Of a DNA stretch of 64,000 nucleotides, positions 55,925 through 64,000 are shown piece after piece. The translations under genes were made by a program, and so were the position numbers. The stretch is taken from the IMG/VR virus record IMGVR_UViG_3300036985_003045; one strand, given 5' to 3'. Positions within the stretch are counted from its first letter, which is position 1. Every line of letters begins with the position of its first letter. The notes under the pieces are model-generated. The model ran no database searches. It saw only the letters and a program-made list of their open reading frames with translations, and had not been told where the DNA came from. This DNA is from a virus. Its lineage: Duplodnaviria; Caudoviricetes.

Positions 55925-57605
55925 TCGTCCTACACAAAGATCAATGCAAGATTTATTAGAGAAACAATTAGTTTCTCTCAATGAAATTCACAGTACTCTT
56001 GCCACTTCCAAACTGATTGAACTTGGACAATTAGTTGAAGAGAAGAAAGCTTTAGATGATGATAATATATTAGTAGATGAATTACGTGATATTCATCTTA
56101 TATCAAATGCTATTTTAGAGTCTTTAATAGAGATTAAAGATAAATTCTTAGCAATGCCTATCACAACCAATGAAGATAAGGCAGAAGCTGCAAAAGCGAA
56201 TGCTGCAATGCTTAAGGCATTACAAGATTTAGGCAAAGATAAAGATGAACCATTAAAGGATATTAAAGAAGGTTTATCTCTTGGTGGAATTATAGCTGGT
56301 ATTGGGATTGCTTTAGCTTCAATGGCAGGAGCAGTTTCAGGATTTGTCAAAAATTTAAAATTTTGGATTGATTTATTAACTCCTGAAAAACTATTCCAGA
56401 AATTTAAAAAGTTCGACAAAAATTTTGAAAAAGTAATTGCTGAAATAGTAAGTGGATTCAAATCAGTATTCTCAAAATCATTTAAATCTATATTCGAATC
56501 AAAACCATTACAATCATTTTTTGATACTTTTAATAAAATAATTGATTTTGTTAAAAAACCATTTGTAACAACATCACTAGATAAATTCAATAGATTTTTT
56601 GGTAATCAACGCAAGTCTTTATTAACTCGATTAATAGATCCTTTTATGGATGTTTTTAAAATTATAAAAGATTTAATATCTGGACCAGTAGGTAAAGTAA
56701 AAGGTATCTTCACAGGTATTGGAGATGCTCTTGGTACATTTACAAAAATGTTTAAGGGTGTATTTGGTATAGTTAGTAAATTATTCTTTGTTGTTGGTAT
56801 ACTTATGACTGCATGGGATACTGTTAAAGGTGCTATTGAAGGATATGAACAAGGTGGTATAATTGGAGCTATACAAGGCGCAGTAGAGGGACTTTTCAAA
56901 TCATTATTTGTTGCTCCTTTAGATATGTTACGTGAGGCTGTTGCTTGGATTGCTGGTAAACTTGGTTTTGAAAATGTACAAAAAGAATTAGAATCATTTA
57001 CTGTTAATGATGTATTTGAGGATATAATGGATTCTTTCTATGCTGTTATAGATTTAGTTAGTAATACATTAAAAAGTGTTGCTAACGGCTTTTTAACTTT
57101 AGTTAGTGATTTCTATGGACTGTTTGCTGGACTTGGTATTCCAGAGGTTACAATTCCATTACCTGATGTAATGGGCGGGGATAAAAAAATAGGACCTTTT
57201 TATCCATATAAAGCAATGTCTGAAGATATTGCATCTATGAAAATGGAAGTAGCAGAACCTAAAACTTTTAAAGAATTAAAATCAGATAGAAAAGCAAAAC
57301 GGGTTGAAGTAGAAAAAGTAAAAAATGAAAAAGATCTAGAAGAAAAACGTAAAGAAATTAATGCAAATATTTGGTCAAATGCAGAAGCAATAACACCTAA
57401 TTCGGCAAATATGGTAGCAGCAAAAACAACTGCTACAGAATCTGCTAGAGAAGATGCTACACAATCAGCAGGAAATACTGTGGTATCTGCACCTACAGTA
57501 AATACATCCAATAGCACAGTTAATAGTACTGCAGTTAGATTACCTGTAAGAAGTTCAGATAGTACATCATCTAGATACATCTCAAGTTGCTACGCAATTA
57601 ATTAA
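55917..57605 (+). CDS. Probable tape measure / baseplate hub protein (gp29-like)
   Basis: 562 aa, coiled-coil N-terminus, Phe/Gly-periodic helical middle, N/T/S-rich C-terminus; follows gp26-gp51. Confidence 0.6.
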   Translation: MANRPTQRSMQDLLEKQLVSLNEIHSTLATSKLIELGQLVEEKKALDDDNILVDELRDIHLISNAILESLIEIKDKFLAMPITTNEDKAEAAKANAAMLKALQDLGKDKDEPLKDIKEGLSLGGIIAGIGIALASMAGAVSGFVKNLKFWIDLLTPEKLFQKFKKFDKNFEKVIAEIVSGFKSVFSKSFKSIFESKPLQSFFDTFNKIIDFVKKPFVTTSLDKFNRFFGNQRKSLLTRLIDPFMDVFKIIKDLISGPVGKVKGIFTGIGDALGTFTKMFKGVFGIVSKLFFVVGILMTAWDTVKGAIEGYEQGGIIGAIQGAVEGLFKSLFVAPLDMLREAVAWIAGKLGFENVQKELESFTVNDVFEDIMDSFYAVIDLVSNTLKSVANGFLTLVSDFYGLFAGLGIPEVTIPLPDVMGGDKKIGPFYPYKAMSEDIASMKMEVAEPKTFKELKSDRKAKRVEVEKVKNEKDLEEKRKEINANIWSNAEAITPNSANMVAAKTTATESAREDATQSAGNTVVSAPTVNTSNSTVNSTAVRLPVRSSDSTSSRYISSCYAIN

Positions 57606-57629
57606 AAAAAGGGGACATAAAGTCCCCTT
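57604..57629 (-). terminator. Rho-independent terminator after gp32, between convergent genes
   Basis: Minus strand AAGGGGAC-TTTAT-GTCCCC-TTTTTTT. Confidence 0.85.
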
Positions 57630-57652
57630 AAATTACTACAGATAGTTAAAGA

Positions 57653-58561
57653 TTAATCTTCAGCAGCTAACTTAGCAAAGTAAGCCATAGTATCATCGTC
57701 ATCATCAGTTACTGATATAGTTACAGGTTTTGCAACTTGTGTTACTTTAGGAGCAGAAGGTACATCAAACTCTTCAGCAATTTGTTCAGCAGTCTTTGGT
57801 GTATAACTATCACCTGCTAAAACAGAATCTAACTTTTTCTTTAAAACATCATAATCTTTAAAACTACTTGGATATAACCATTCTTGTAAATTATGTCTCA
57901 TGTTCATAATATTCACAAGTGTATCATCATTTTCTGTTACTGGAATTGAATCAGAAAATGTAGATTCATCATAATTAGGATAACTAGCAACAGTACGTTG
58001 ACGAAGTTTAAAATTAGCTCCATCCCAAAGATCAAATACATTTATTGGTGTTTCATCTTCAAAAGTAGGTTTTGCTTTATCCATAATCTTATCGAAGATC
58101 TTCTTACCAAATTTAAACATGAAAACTTTACCTTCATTTTCAGGATTCTTTGGATCAGAAACGATTAATATATTTGCATAATAAGATAATCGACGTTTTT
58201 GTTTACGTGCAATTTCTTTATTAGCCTCTATACCGGAATTCCATAATTGAGAATTTAACTGTGAAACAGGATCTTCCAAGTTAATAGTATTCAGATTGTT
58301 TTCAATATACCATTTACCTGTAGGACCTTGAAAGCCATGTGAGAATACTTTAGCCCAAGGTAATTCATTTTCATCTCCATCAATACGTGGTAGAAAACGA
58401 ATAGTTGCAGTACCATTTCCTGCTTTATCTACAGTAAGTTTCCAAACTCGATTATCGTTTCTAGATTGAGATTGGGGATTTGAAATTTTATCGATTTCAG
58501 AAGTGATTTTAGCAAAATCAGTTGTGCGGGATTTGCGTAAAGCTGTAATATCAAGTGACAT
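57653..58561 (-). CDS. gp32: Single-stranded DNA-binding protein gp32
   Basis: DKAGNGTATIRFLP, HGFQGPTGKWYIEN, KFGKKIFDK, FDLWDGANFKL, YPNYDES, acidic tail DDDDDTMAYFAKLA. Confidence 0.96.
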   Translation of the reverse strand: MSLDITALRKSRTTDFAKITSEIDKISNPQSQSRNDNRVWKLTVDKAGNGTATIRFLPRIDGDENELPWAKVFSHGFQGPTGKWYIENNLNTINLEDPVSQLNSQLWNSGIEANKEIARKQKRRLSYYANILIVSDPKNPENEGKVFMFKFGKKIFDKIMDKAKPTFEDETPINVFDLWDGANFKLRQRTVASYPNYDESTFSDSIPVTENDDTLVNIMNMRHNLQEWLYPSSFKDYDVLKKKLDSVLAGDSYTPKTAEQIAEEFDVPSAPKVTQVAKPVTISVTDDDDDTMAYFAKLAAED

Positions 58562-58587
58562 AATTTTTCCTTGTTAGCGAAGTATGT

Positions 58588-59220
58588 TTATATTTGCGTA
58601 GTATATTGTAGTTGATTTAAATCTTCTACAAAGTTATTTATAATCGATGTTATCTTATCTCGATTATATTTTACAAACCGTTTAGATTTGTATATTCTGC
58701 GTATTTCCTTTTCCCACATAGTTTGCATATAACCTGACATATGCCAAGTATTAATTAAATCCATGTAGTCATTGAGGATACACACAGTTTCTAGAGAAAT
58801 TCTATTACTAATAAGAAGAGTTAATATACTTGGAGGTTGACAAAACTCAAACTCAAGTACTTCTTCCTTTGATAATTTATTTTTCTCTGAGTCTATTATA
58901 ATACAATTTAGGTCATCTGTAAATACTTGTGTGATACTTTCTTTACGTCTAAGCCAATTTGTATAATATGTTTCAGCATGTGATAATTCATATACAGGTG
59001 AATCATTACCATATGCAAAATTAGATACATAAAACTGAATAAGTTGTGGTTCCTTTGGATATTTTTTAGAGAGTTTATCAAATAACATCCTATCATTTCT
59101 TTTATCAAATAACTCTCTAGAATACTTTACTGCACCTCTATTTTTAAAGACGTCATATGAGTCTCTAGTATAATGTAATCTAATAGCTAAATAGAACTTA
59201 TATGCTGAGTACCCATCCAT
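58588..59220 (-). CDS. gp59: Helicase loader gp59
   Basis: MDGYSAYKFYLAIRLHY...YDVFK, ISLETVCIL; upstream of gp32. Confidence 0.85.
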   Translation of the reverse strand: MDGYSAYKFYLAIRLHYTRDSYDVFKNRGAVKYSRELFDKRNDRMLFDKLSKKYPKEPQLIQFYVSNFAYGNDSPVYELSHAETYYTNWLRRKESITQVFTDDLNCIIIDSEKNKLSKEEVLEFEFCQPPSILTLLISNRISLETVCILNDYMDLINTWHMSGYMQTMWEKEIRRIYKSKRFVKYNRDKITSIINNFVEDLNQLQYTTQI

Positions 59221-59435
59221 TAAAAATCTAAAAAAGCTTGCTTTGGTAAATAATTCATATCTACAAAATTCATTTCAAGTTTATCTTTCAAAGATTTATT
59301 AATTAACTTAGCAACATCTTCTGGCTCAATAAAATTTTCATTACAATATTCTAATAGAGCATCAACAACCCCAATATTTTTTTCATGTGCAATTACTTCT
59401 ATATGCAATGAAAAGTCACTTGCTGTTTCAAACAT
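59220..59435 (-). CDS. gp33: Late transcription coactivator gp33
   Basis: FS..IE.I..EK.I...DALLEYCNENFIEPEDVAKLINKSLKDKL. Confidence 0.85.
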   Translation of the reverse strand: MFETASDFSLHIEVIAHEKNIGVVDALLEYCNENFIEPEDVAKLINKSLKDKLEMNFVDMNYLPKQAFLDF

Positions 59436-59694
59436 GAAATTTCTCCAGGTAATATTTTACTAATTTAAGATTATCAACAACTTCACAATATTCATCAGTT
59501 TTATCTCGGTAGATTTTCCAATTGTTTACTATTTTCTTTTTACGATCAAGATTATTCTTAACAAGAAACTCTTCAAAAAAATCATCGAGGGAGTTAACTT
59601 CATTGGAAAGATTCTGTTTAATCTCCTTTAAAATATCGAATTTCCGGTGAGTTGCTGCATCTAAAATTTTATTGTAGTAAAGGTTATTCATCAC
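59428..59694 (-). CDS. Hypothetical protein
   Basis: 88 aa, overlaps neighbours in operon fashion. Confidence 0.6.
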   Translation of the reverse strand: MMNNLYYNKILDAATHRKFDILKEIKQNLSNEVNSLDDFFEEFLVKNNLDRKKKIVNNWKIYRDKTDEYCEVVDNLKLVKYYLEKFHV

Positions 59695-59923
59695 TAATTC
59701 CTAATAAAGTTTTTACTCTATTACGTGCTGTTTCATACCCTACTTCAAAAGAATCCCACACTTGTTCATCGGAAGTAGCCCAATCTCTTAAAGGTATTAA
59801 ATTGATTTCATCATCTTTTTTAGATGTTTTCCATACATCTTCTGTATACTGAAGTAACCATTCATCAAACTCAGTTCGGCCACAATCGCCCTCAATTATT
59901 TCATCAAATATATTTCTATTCAT
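59684..59923 (-). CDS. Hypothetical protein
   Basis: 79 aa, in operon. Confidence 0.55.
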   Translation of the reverse strand: MNRNIFDEIIEGDCGRTEFDEWLLQYTEDVWKTSKKDDEINLIPLRDWATSDEQVWDSFEVGYETARNRVKTLLGISDE

Positions 59924-59935
59924 AGTATAATCCTA

Positions 59936-60136
59936 TTAAAGTGCTTTATAATGTACAGGTCTTTCATATAGACCATCAGTTTCACGGAATACAGAAATAA
60001 GTCTACCACAATCAGTTGTAAATCTAGCAGTTTCTCCATAACCTATGTTTAATCCAAATGGCCAAAGATTTACTAAATCTTCTGATTCAAGTGCTTCATT
60101 TAATGTTAAGAACCAATTTTGTTTTACTTTTCTCAT
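59936..60136 (-). CDS. Hypothetical protein
   Basis: 66 aa, directly after a sigma70-type promoter. Confidence 0.6.
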   Translation of the reverse strand: MRKVKQNWFLTLNEALESEDLVNLWPFGLNIGYGETARFTTDCGRLISVFRETDGLYERPVHYKAL

Positions 60137-60181
60137 GATATAATAGACTCAGTTATTTAATTTATGAGTCTATTATATCAT
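60135..60181. repeat. Perfect 17-bp inverted repeat with 13-nt loop
   Basis: atgatataatagactca (60135-60151) / tgagtctattatatcat (60165-60181). Confidence 0.9.
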
Positions 60182-60200
60182 ACTTTATAGAAATGTAAAC
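60172..60200 (-). promoter_or_regulatory. T4-type early promoter GTTTAC-N17-TATAAT
   Basis: Minus strand GTTTAC ATTTCTATAAAGTATGA TATAAT. Confidence 0.75.
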
Positions 60201-60207
60201 AATTATT

Positions 60208-60648
60208 TTAAACTTTTTCAATCTTCATAATCTTATAGAAGTAATGTTTACCAATTTTAATACTTTTCTTAGGTCGTTTAGAATACCTATGTTTGAAAGA
60301 ATCAAAACTGTCTAGATTTCCAATTGGATTTCTAGCATTACCTCGGAGTATATTAGTTGCTAACTTAATAAACTCTTCTTTATCCTTAGCAGGTATACGT
60401 TTTTGTGTATACTGTTGCTTCACTATTTTACACGCGGGTTTGTGGAATATTTTTGTAGATCTAGTAACAATCGTTGCACCTACTGCAAGTTGGCCAGTCA
60501 GGGGTTCACCTCTTGCCTCTGAGTAAATTGTCTCAGCGACACATTTTATATCTTTATATGAAACATTGATCTTTTTATGTAGAGCAGTCTGAGCATATAT
60601 TGATGCAGACATAATATACAGACATAAGAGCATTGTGATTGCTCGCAT
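60208..60648 (-). CDS. SleB-like cell wall hydrolase (Hydrolase_2) with possible signal peptide
   Basis: CVAETIYSEARGEPLTGQLAVG, C-terminal IGKHYFY; hydrophobic N-terminus. Confidence 0.8.
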   Translation of the reverse strand: MRAITMLLCLYIMSASIYAQTALHKKINVSYKDIKCVAETIYSEARGEPLTGQLAVGATIVTRSTKIFHKPACKIVKQQYTQKRIPAKDKEEFIKLATNILRGNARNPIGNLDSFDSFKHRYSKRPKKSIKIGKHYFYKIMKIEKV

Positions 60649-60797
60649 GTGGTTCTCCTATTTTTTAGTGACATTATTAGAAGATGCCTAATAATGCTTC
60701 CCTAGTTCTTCGGTGGACTCATTGCCTAATTTGAACGTATTTGGGATTTGTACTTCAGTTTATCTTATATGCATATCCTATTTTGATGTTGTATTAC

Positions 60798-60805
60798 TAT
60801 TTATA
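60798..60805 (-). promoter_or_regulatory. Late promoter TATAAATA overlapping the exonuclease stop codon
   Basis: Exact consensus, ~150 nt upstream of the hydrolase ATG. Confidence 0.65.
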
Positions 60806-61451
60806 ACTTTTTTATGGCATAGTACTTATGCCGTTGATGCTTAAACTTCTTTAACCAAACTGCTTTGTCTTGAGTAAATACTTTTGCAGGATTATCATCA
60901 ATTCCCATTATAACAACTAACTTATCTATATTGATTCCAGTTAACTCTAGGAAGCATTGAGAATATGCTGCTGCTTGCATAAAGTATCCATCAATTTCGT
61001 CAATTTCTTTTACTCTTCTTGAAGTCTTCCAATCAATTACAGATATTTCACCTTCAAAATCAGCAATCAAATCTACTGTACCACCAACCCTTAATACATG
61101 TGAATATATTTTATTTTCGAGGCAATGTACATCACCAACTTTATCTATATAAGGTAACATTGAATTGAACATTTCTTTATCAAACATATCAACTTCTATA
61201 TCTTGACCAAGTAAATAGTCTTCACACAATTTGTGTATACGGGTACCTCGATTACAAGCTTTTCTAGATATAGCATCAGCTACATCATGACCTACTCTAT
61301 CACGCCATTCTTGTATATGTTTAGCACCGCCTAAACCTGTGACAGAAGTTACTGATGGATACTTTTCTCCAGTAGGAGTTAAATAAACTCTAGATCCATC
61401 AGTATTCTTCTGAACTAGTTTTGGAAAATTATATTCGTGAAACGTCCGCAT
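60801..61451 (-). CDS. PD-(D/E)xK exonuclease conserved in T4-like phages
   Basis: YPSVTSV, RGTRIHKLCEDYL, GGTVDLIADF...VIDWKTS, YFMQAAAY. Confidence 0.85.
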   Translation of the reverse strand: MRTFHEYNFPKLVQKNTDGSRVYLTPTGEKYPSVTSVTGLGGAKHIQEWRDRVGHDVADAISRKACNRGTRIHKLCEDYLLGQDIEVDMFDKEMFNSMLPYIDKVGDVHCLENKIYSHVLRVGGTVDLIADFEGEISVIDWKTSRRVKEIDEIDGYFMQAAAYSQCFLELTGINIDKLVVIMGIDDNPAKVFTQDKAVWLKKFKHQRHKYYAIKKL

Positions 61452-61456
61452 ATAAA

Positions 61457-61618
61457 TTAGACGGTATAGTTCATAGAAGGTGCATCGGTTATGAATGCTT
61501 TAAAACCTTCACCTAATTCTTCCATTTCAATTTCCAAAGACCAATCATAACCAGTATGACTTTTAAAGAATTTATATTGGTTTTCACTAACAATTTTAAA
61601 AATATCCCACTCTTTCAT
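61457..61618 (-). CDS. Hypothetical protein (53 aa; not in the ORF track)
   Basis: MKEWDIFKIVSENQYKFFKSHTGYDWSLEIEMEELGEGFKAFITDAPSMNYTV; GAGG SD and promoter upstream. Confidence 0.65.
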   Translation of the reverse strand: MKEWDIFKIVSENQYKFFKSHTGYDWSLEIEMEELGEGFKAFITDAPSMNYTV

Positions 61619-61652
61619 AATATATAACCTCATTTATTTAATGTATGGATCT

Positions 61653-61681
61653 ATTATATACTGTTTTCTGAGAATGTAAAC
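61653..61681 (-). promoter_or_regulatory. T4-type early promoter GTTTAC-N17-TATAAT
   Basis: Minus strand GTTTAC ATTCTCAGAAAACAGTA TATAAT. Confidence 0.75.
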
Positions 61682-61688
61682 ATTTATT

Positions 61689-62462
61689 TTAGTAACCTAA
61701 ATTTTCCTTTGCTATAATATATGATTTCACTAAAGAGGATCTAACAATATCAGCGGAAGTAAAATGAATACGACAAAATTCATCCATAGTCTCAGCGATT
61801 TTTAAGAATTGAGGCAAACCTGTCACTTCTGAAGATTTCTTCAATAAATCATTTTGGCTTAAATCACCGACAAAGATTATCTTTGATTGATGTCCAATTC
61901 TAGTCAAAATAGTATCTAACTCTTGAAAAGTACAATTTTGCATCTCATCTAATATAACAATAGAATTATCAAAACTCATGCCACGGATAGCGGTTGTGGT
62001 AGTGAATTCAATATAACTTTGTTCTTTTAATCTTTGATATGCATCGGCTCGTCCGAATAAGGTTGAACTGATTTGAATATAAGGATCTTCATAGATAGAT
62101 GTTTTTTCATCCAAACTGCCTTTTAAGAATCCTACATCTCTAGTTTGTACTGCCGAACGAACAATTAATACTCTATTAAAAGAGTTACTTTTGTCCATAC
62201 ATTCTTCAAGCGCTTTATATAATGCAATAAATGATTTACCTGTGCCGGCTGAGCCTGATAACATCATAAAATATTCACCTACTTTATAAGAATCAAAGAA
62301 TAATTCTTGATTTTTAGTAAGAGGTTTGAATGTCTTTAGATCTTCAATACGCATTTTTAATCTATTTGACTGTACTCCTTGTATAACTTTATCGTTAGTA
62401 GGTTGTTGGTATTTCGAAATATCCTCGAAATGAGTATCTACTATCTTTGGTCTACGAGCCAT
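61689..62462 (-). CDS. phoH: PhoH-family ATPase
   Basis: GSAGTGKS, RDVGFLKG, IRGMSFDNSIVILDEMQN, GDLSQND, DIVRS. Confidence 0.93.
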   Translation of the reverse strand: MARRPKIVDTHFEDISKYQQPTNDKVIQGVQSNRLKMRIEDLKTFKPLTKNQELFFDSYKVGEYFMMLSGSAGTGKSFIALYKALEECMDKSNSFNRVLIVRSAVQTRDVGFLKGSLDEKTSIYEDPYIQISSTLFGRADAYQRLKEQSYIEFTTTTAIRGMSFDNSIVILDEMQNCTFQELDTILTRIGHQSKIIFVGDLSQNDLLKKSSEVTGLPQFLKIAETMDEFCRIHFTSADIVRSSLVKSYIIAKENLGY

Positions 62463-62491
62463 AAAGTTCCTTATATAGTTGAGAAGAATTT

Positions 62492-62599
62492 TTATTTTTT
62501 ACCAGAAATTTTATTATGCTTTCTAGTAGAATTAGCTTTTTGTTTTTGTGATTGAGTTTTTGGTATTACAATTTTGCCTGTTTTCTTATTAATTGCCAT
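62492..62599 (-). CDS. Small basic hypothetical peptide (35 aa; not in the ORF track)
   Basis: MAINKKTGKIVIPKTQSQKQKANSTRKHNKISGKK; AGGA SD upstream. Confidence 0.5.
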   Translation of the reverse strand: MAINKKTGKIVIPKTQSQKQKANSTRKHNKISGKK

Positions 62600-62608
62600 A
62601 GTAAATTC

Positions 62609-62860
62609 CTATAATTGCGAAGAGGTTTTATCTAATTGACTTCCTGGAGTCCTTGCATGAATCTGTTGTAATACGTCCTTGAAGCCAGTATCCATTTTTC
62701 TAGTTGCTGTAAGCTTTGTTGGATCTCCTAATGAAGGCGCGGTTAAAATTATATATTCTATATGTGGATTATCTAATAGATACTGTTGTTTAGAACCATA
62801 AGACATAGACATCTCAACTATCTCACCGGTTTCTTTATTTCTAAAATCGTATAAAGGCAT
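62609..62860 (-). CDS. FmdB-like small protein conserved in T4-like phages (cysteines absent)
   Basis: MPLYDFRNKETGE...NPH...GFKDVLQQI. Confidence 0.65.
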   Translation of the reverse strand: MPLYDFRNKETGEIVEMSMSYGSKQQYLLDNPHIEYIILTAPSLGDPTKLTATRKMDTGFKDVLQQIHARTPGSQLDKTSSQL

Positions 62861-63064
62861 TTATAAAGTCCACTTAATTCCATTACCCAAATTAATAGTA
62901 GTTTTTGGTTTGCGTTTCTTTTTGCCACCAACACTACCCAAATTTACAGTTACATTCTTTGCAAGTTTTACTGATACTGAACCTGAAAGACCATTGCTTT
63001 CAGACATTGCTATATTAATAGCACCCTTTTTATTTGATTTTCTTTTTCTAAAACTTAAACCCAT
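62861..63064 (-). CDS. DUF4236-like basic protein
   Basis: MGLSFRKRKS...IN...SNGLSGSVSV...G.GI. Confidence 0.55.
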   Translation of the reverse strand: MGLSFRKRKSNKKGAINIAMSESNGLSGSVSVKLAKNVTVNLGSVGGKKKRKPKTTINLGNGIKWTL

Positions 63065-63146
63065 TATAGTTCTCCTTTTTACAAAATAATGTATATCAGT
63101 GTAGTAGTTTATATATTAAGCTTTGCCGGAGTTAGTTCAGTAAACC

Positions 63147-63311
63147 TTATCTATTCCTTAATCTCATTAATATATCATTTACAATTTCATCATTTTCAAT
63201 CATATTATATAATAGTTCTGTAGATATGGCAATATATTCTTCTTGCTCTTCATAAGTTAATATATCGTGTTTTTGTATTTCTGACAATTCTTCATATCGT
63301 TTTATATTCAT
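63147..63311 (-). CDS. Hypothetical protein (54 aa; not in the ORF track)
   Basis: MNIKRYEELSEIQKHDILTYEEQEEYIAISTELLYNMIENDEIVNDILMRLRNR; ATGA overlap with the upstream gene. Confidence 0.6.
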   Translation of the reverse strand: MNIKRYEELSEIQKHDILTYEEQEEYIAISTELLYNMIENDEIVNDILMRLRNR

Positions 63312-63559
63312 TTTTCATCATCCAATAAGGTGTAACAAGGAAATAGTTTAGGTAATTCCAATACAACATTATAGTTTTTGTATTTCAATGATTCATTTAA
63401 TTCCATTGAACGAACTTCACATTCATATTTACCACCCCGCCATTCTCTTTCAAGTTTAGCTTGTTTGAGTGATTCTTCTTCATTGTCAAATGCACCAACC
63501 ACATAACTATGTGATTCTCTATCACCGAAACGATAGGCTGTTACTACATAAATTAACAT
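63308..63559 (-). CDS. Hypothetical protein
   Basis: 83 aa, YVVTAYRFGDRESHSYVVG. Confidence 0.6.
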   Translation of the reverse strand: MLIYVVTAYRFGDRESHSYVVGAFDNEEESLKQAKLEREWRGGKYECEVRSMELNESLKYKNYNVVLELPKLFPCYTLLDDEK

Positions 63560-64000
63560 TGTATTACCTCTATAAAATCTGGTATGGGTCTAAGTTTCCA
63601 GTTATGTAAGTGTTGTTTAGAACCATTATAATAATTCTTATAAGATTCTATTGAATCACCACTAACAATATATTCTTCTGGCATTGCTGGAGTAGGTTCA
63701 GTGAATTTACCTAATTTGATATTAATTGGAGCATATGACAAAGCTTCATATAATCCAGAATGCATCACTTTATGTACTTTACCATAGCGATATGTGTATT
63801 CTTTAGTTAACTTATACAAAAGACTTCGTAACCACATATAATTATCGTAAGAATTCCTAACCCAGATTGCACTTGGATGATTCAGGTGTGTTGCTTTGTA
63901 TAGAATATCATTACGTTTGTCTGGAAGAATCCAAGATGTAGTTTTACGACCAGTATCAGATATGCCTGTTAATAATACACCATCCAATACTCTATGTGCT
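63553..64000 (-). CDS. DenV-related pyrimidine dimer glycosylase-like protein; 5' part lies beyond the window
   Basis: Frame open to the edge (AHRVLDG...); YKATHLNHPSAIWVR, YTYRYGKVH, PTPAMP, SYKNYY. Confidence 0.72.
   Translation of the reverse strand, partial: AHRVLDGVLLTGISDTGRKTTSWILPDKRNDILYKATHLNHPSAIWVRNSYDNYMWLRSLLYKLTKEYTYRYGKVHKVMHSGLYEALSYAPINIKLGKFTEPTPAMPEEYIVSGDSIESYKNYYNGSKQHLHNWKLRPIPDFIEVIQC

Noticed and set aside
55746-55937. 63-aa minus-strand ORF in the track
   Set aside because: It is antisense to the recognisable gp51 ORF on the + strand
2815-57580. Many ORF-track entries antisense to, or nested in, core genes (e.g. 2815-3144, 17984-18457, 21158-21619, 24847-25251, 26113-26580, 56093-56590, 57200-57580)
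   Set aside because: They are shadows of the real genes' codon bias (V/P/L-rich mirror peptides), with no recognisable motifs and full overlap with confident CDSs
60649-60797. Known riboswitch (e.g. c-di-GMP) in the hydrolase leader
   Set aside because: I could not match any consensus by eye; kept only as an unclassified structured-leader candidate

Overview
Fragment of an AT-rich T4-like myovirus genome with cyanophage-like/environmental synteny; the host cannot be determined from the sequence. It covers the virion morphogenesis module. Head genes: gp20-23 plus gp67/68-like. Neck and tail genes: gp13-15, 17, 18, 19, 3. Also present are a cluster of tail-fibre genes and the baseplate genes (DUF4815 protein, gp8, 7, 6, 25, 5, 27-like, 53, 48). 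A + strand island encodes gp4, gp2, gp54-like, gp16, gp26, gp51 and gp29-like. Recombination and late-transcription genes flank the module (gp46, 47, 55, uvsW, uvsY; gp32, 59, 33), followed by small accessory genes (SleB-like hydrolase, exonuclease, PhoH, DenV-like). No tRNA, CRISPR array, intron, integrase or reverse transcriptase was seen. Four observations stand out. (1) A family of basic peptide modules, each preceded by a gp21-type [LI]xE cleavage site, is embedded in gp22 and the gp67-like protein and also occurs as a stand-alone gene with a T4 internal-protein capsid-targeting sequence. (2) A canonical T TTT TTC slippery site would fuse gp26 to gp51 by -1 frameshift just upstream of the tape-measure-like gene. 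(3) gp5 is split into two genes and carries both a GH19 and an M15 peptidase domain. (4) A 38-bp identical sigma70-type promoter/palindrome element occurs twice, pointing against the local gene flow. All product calls come from motif recognition and synteny, not database searches.
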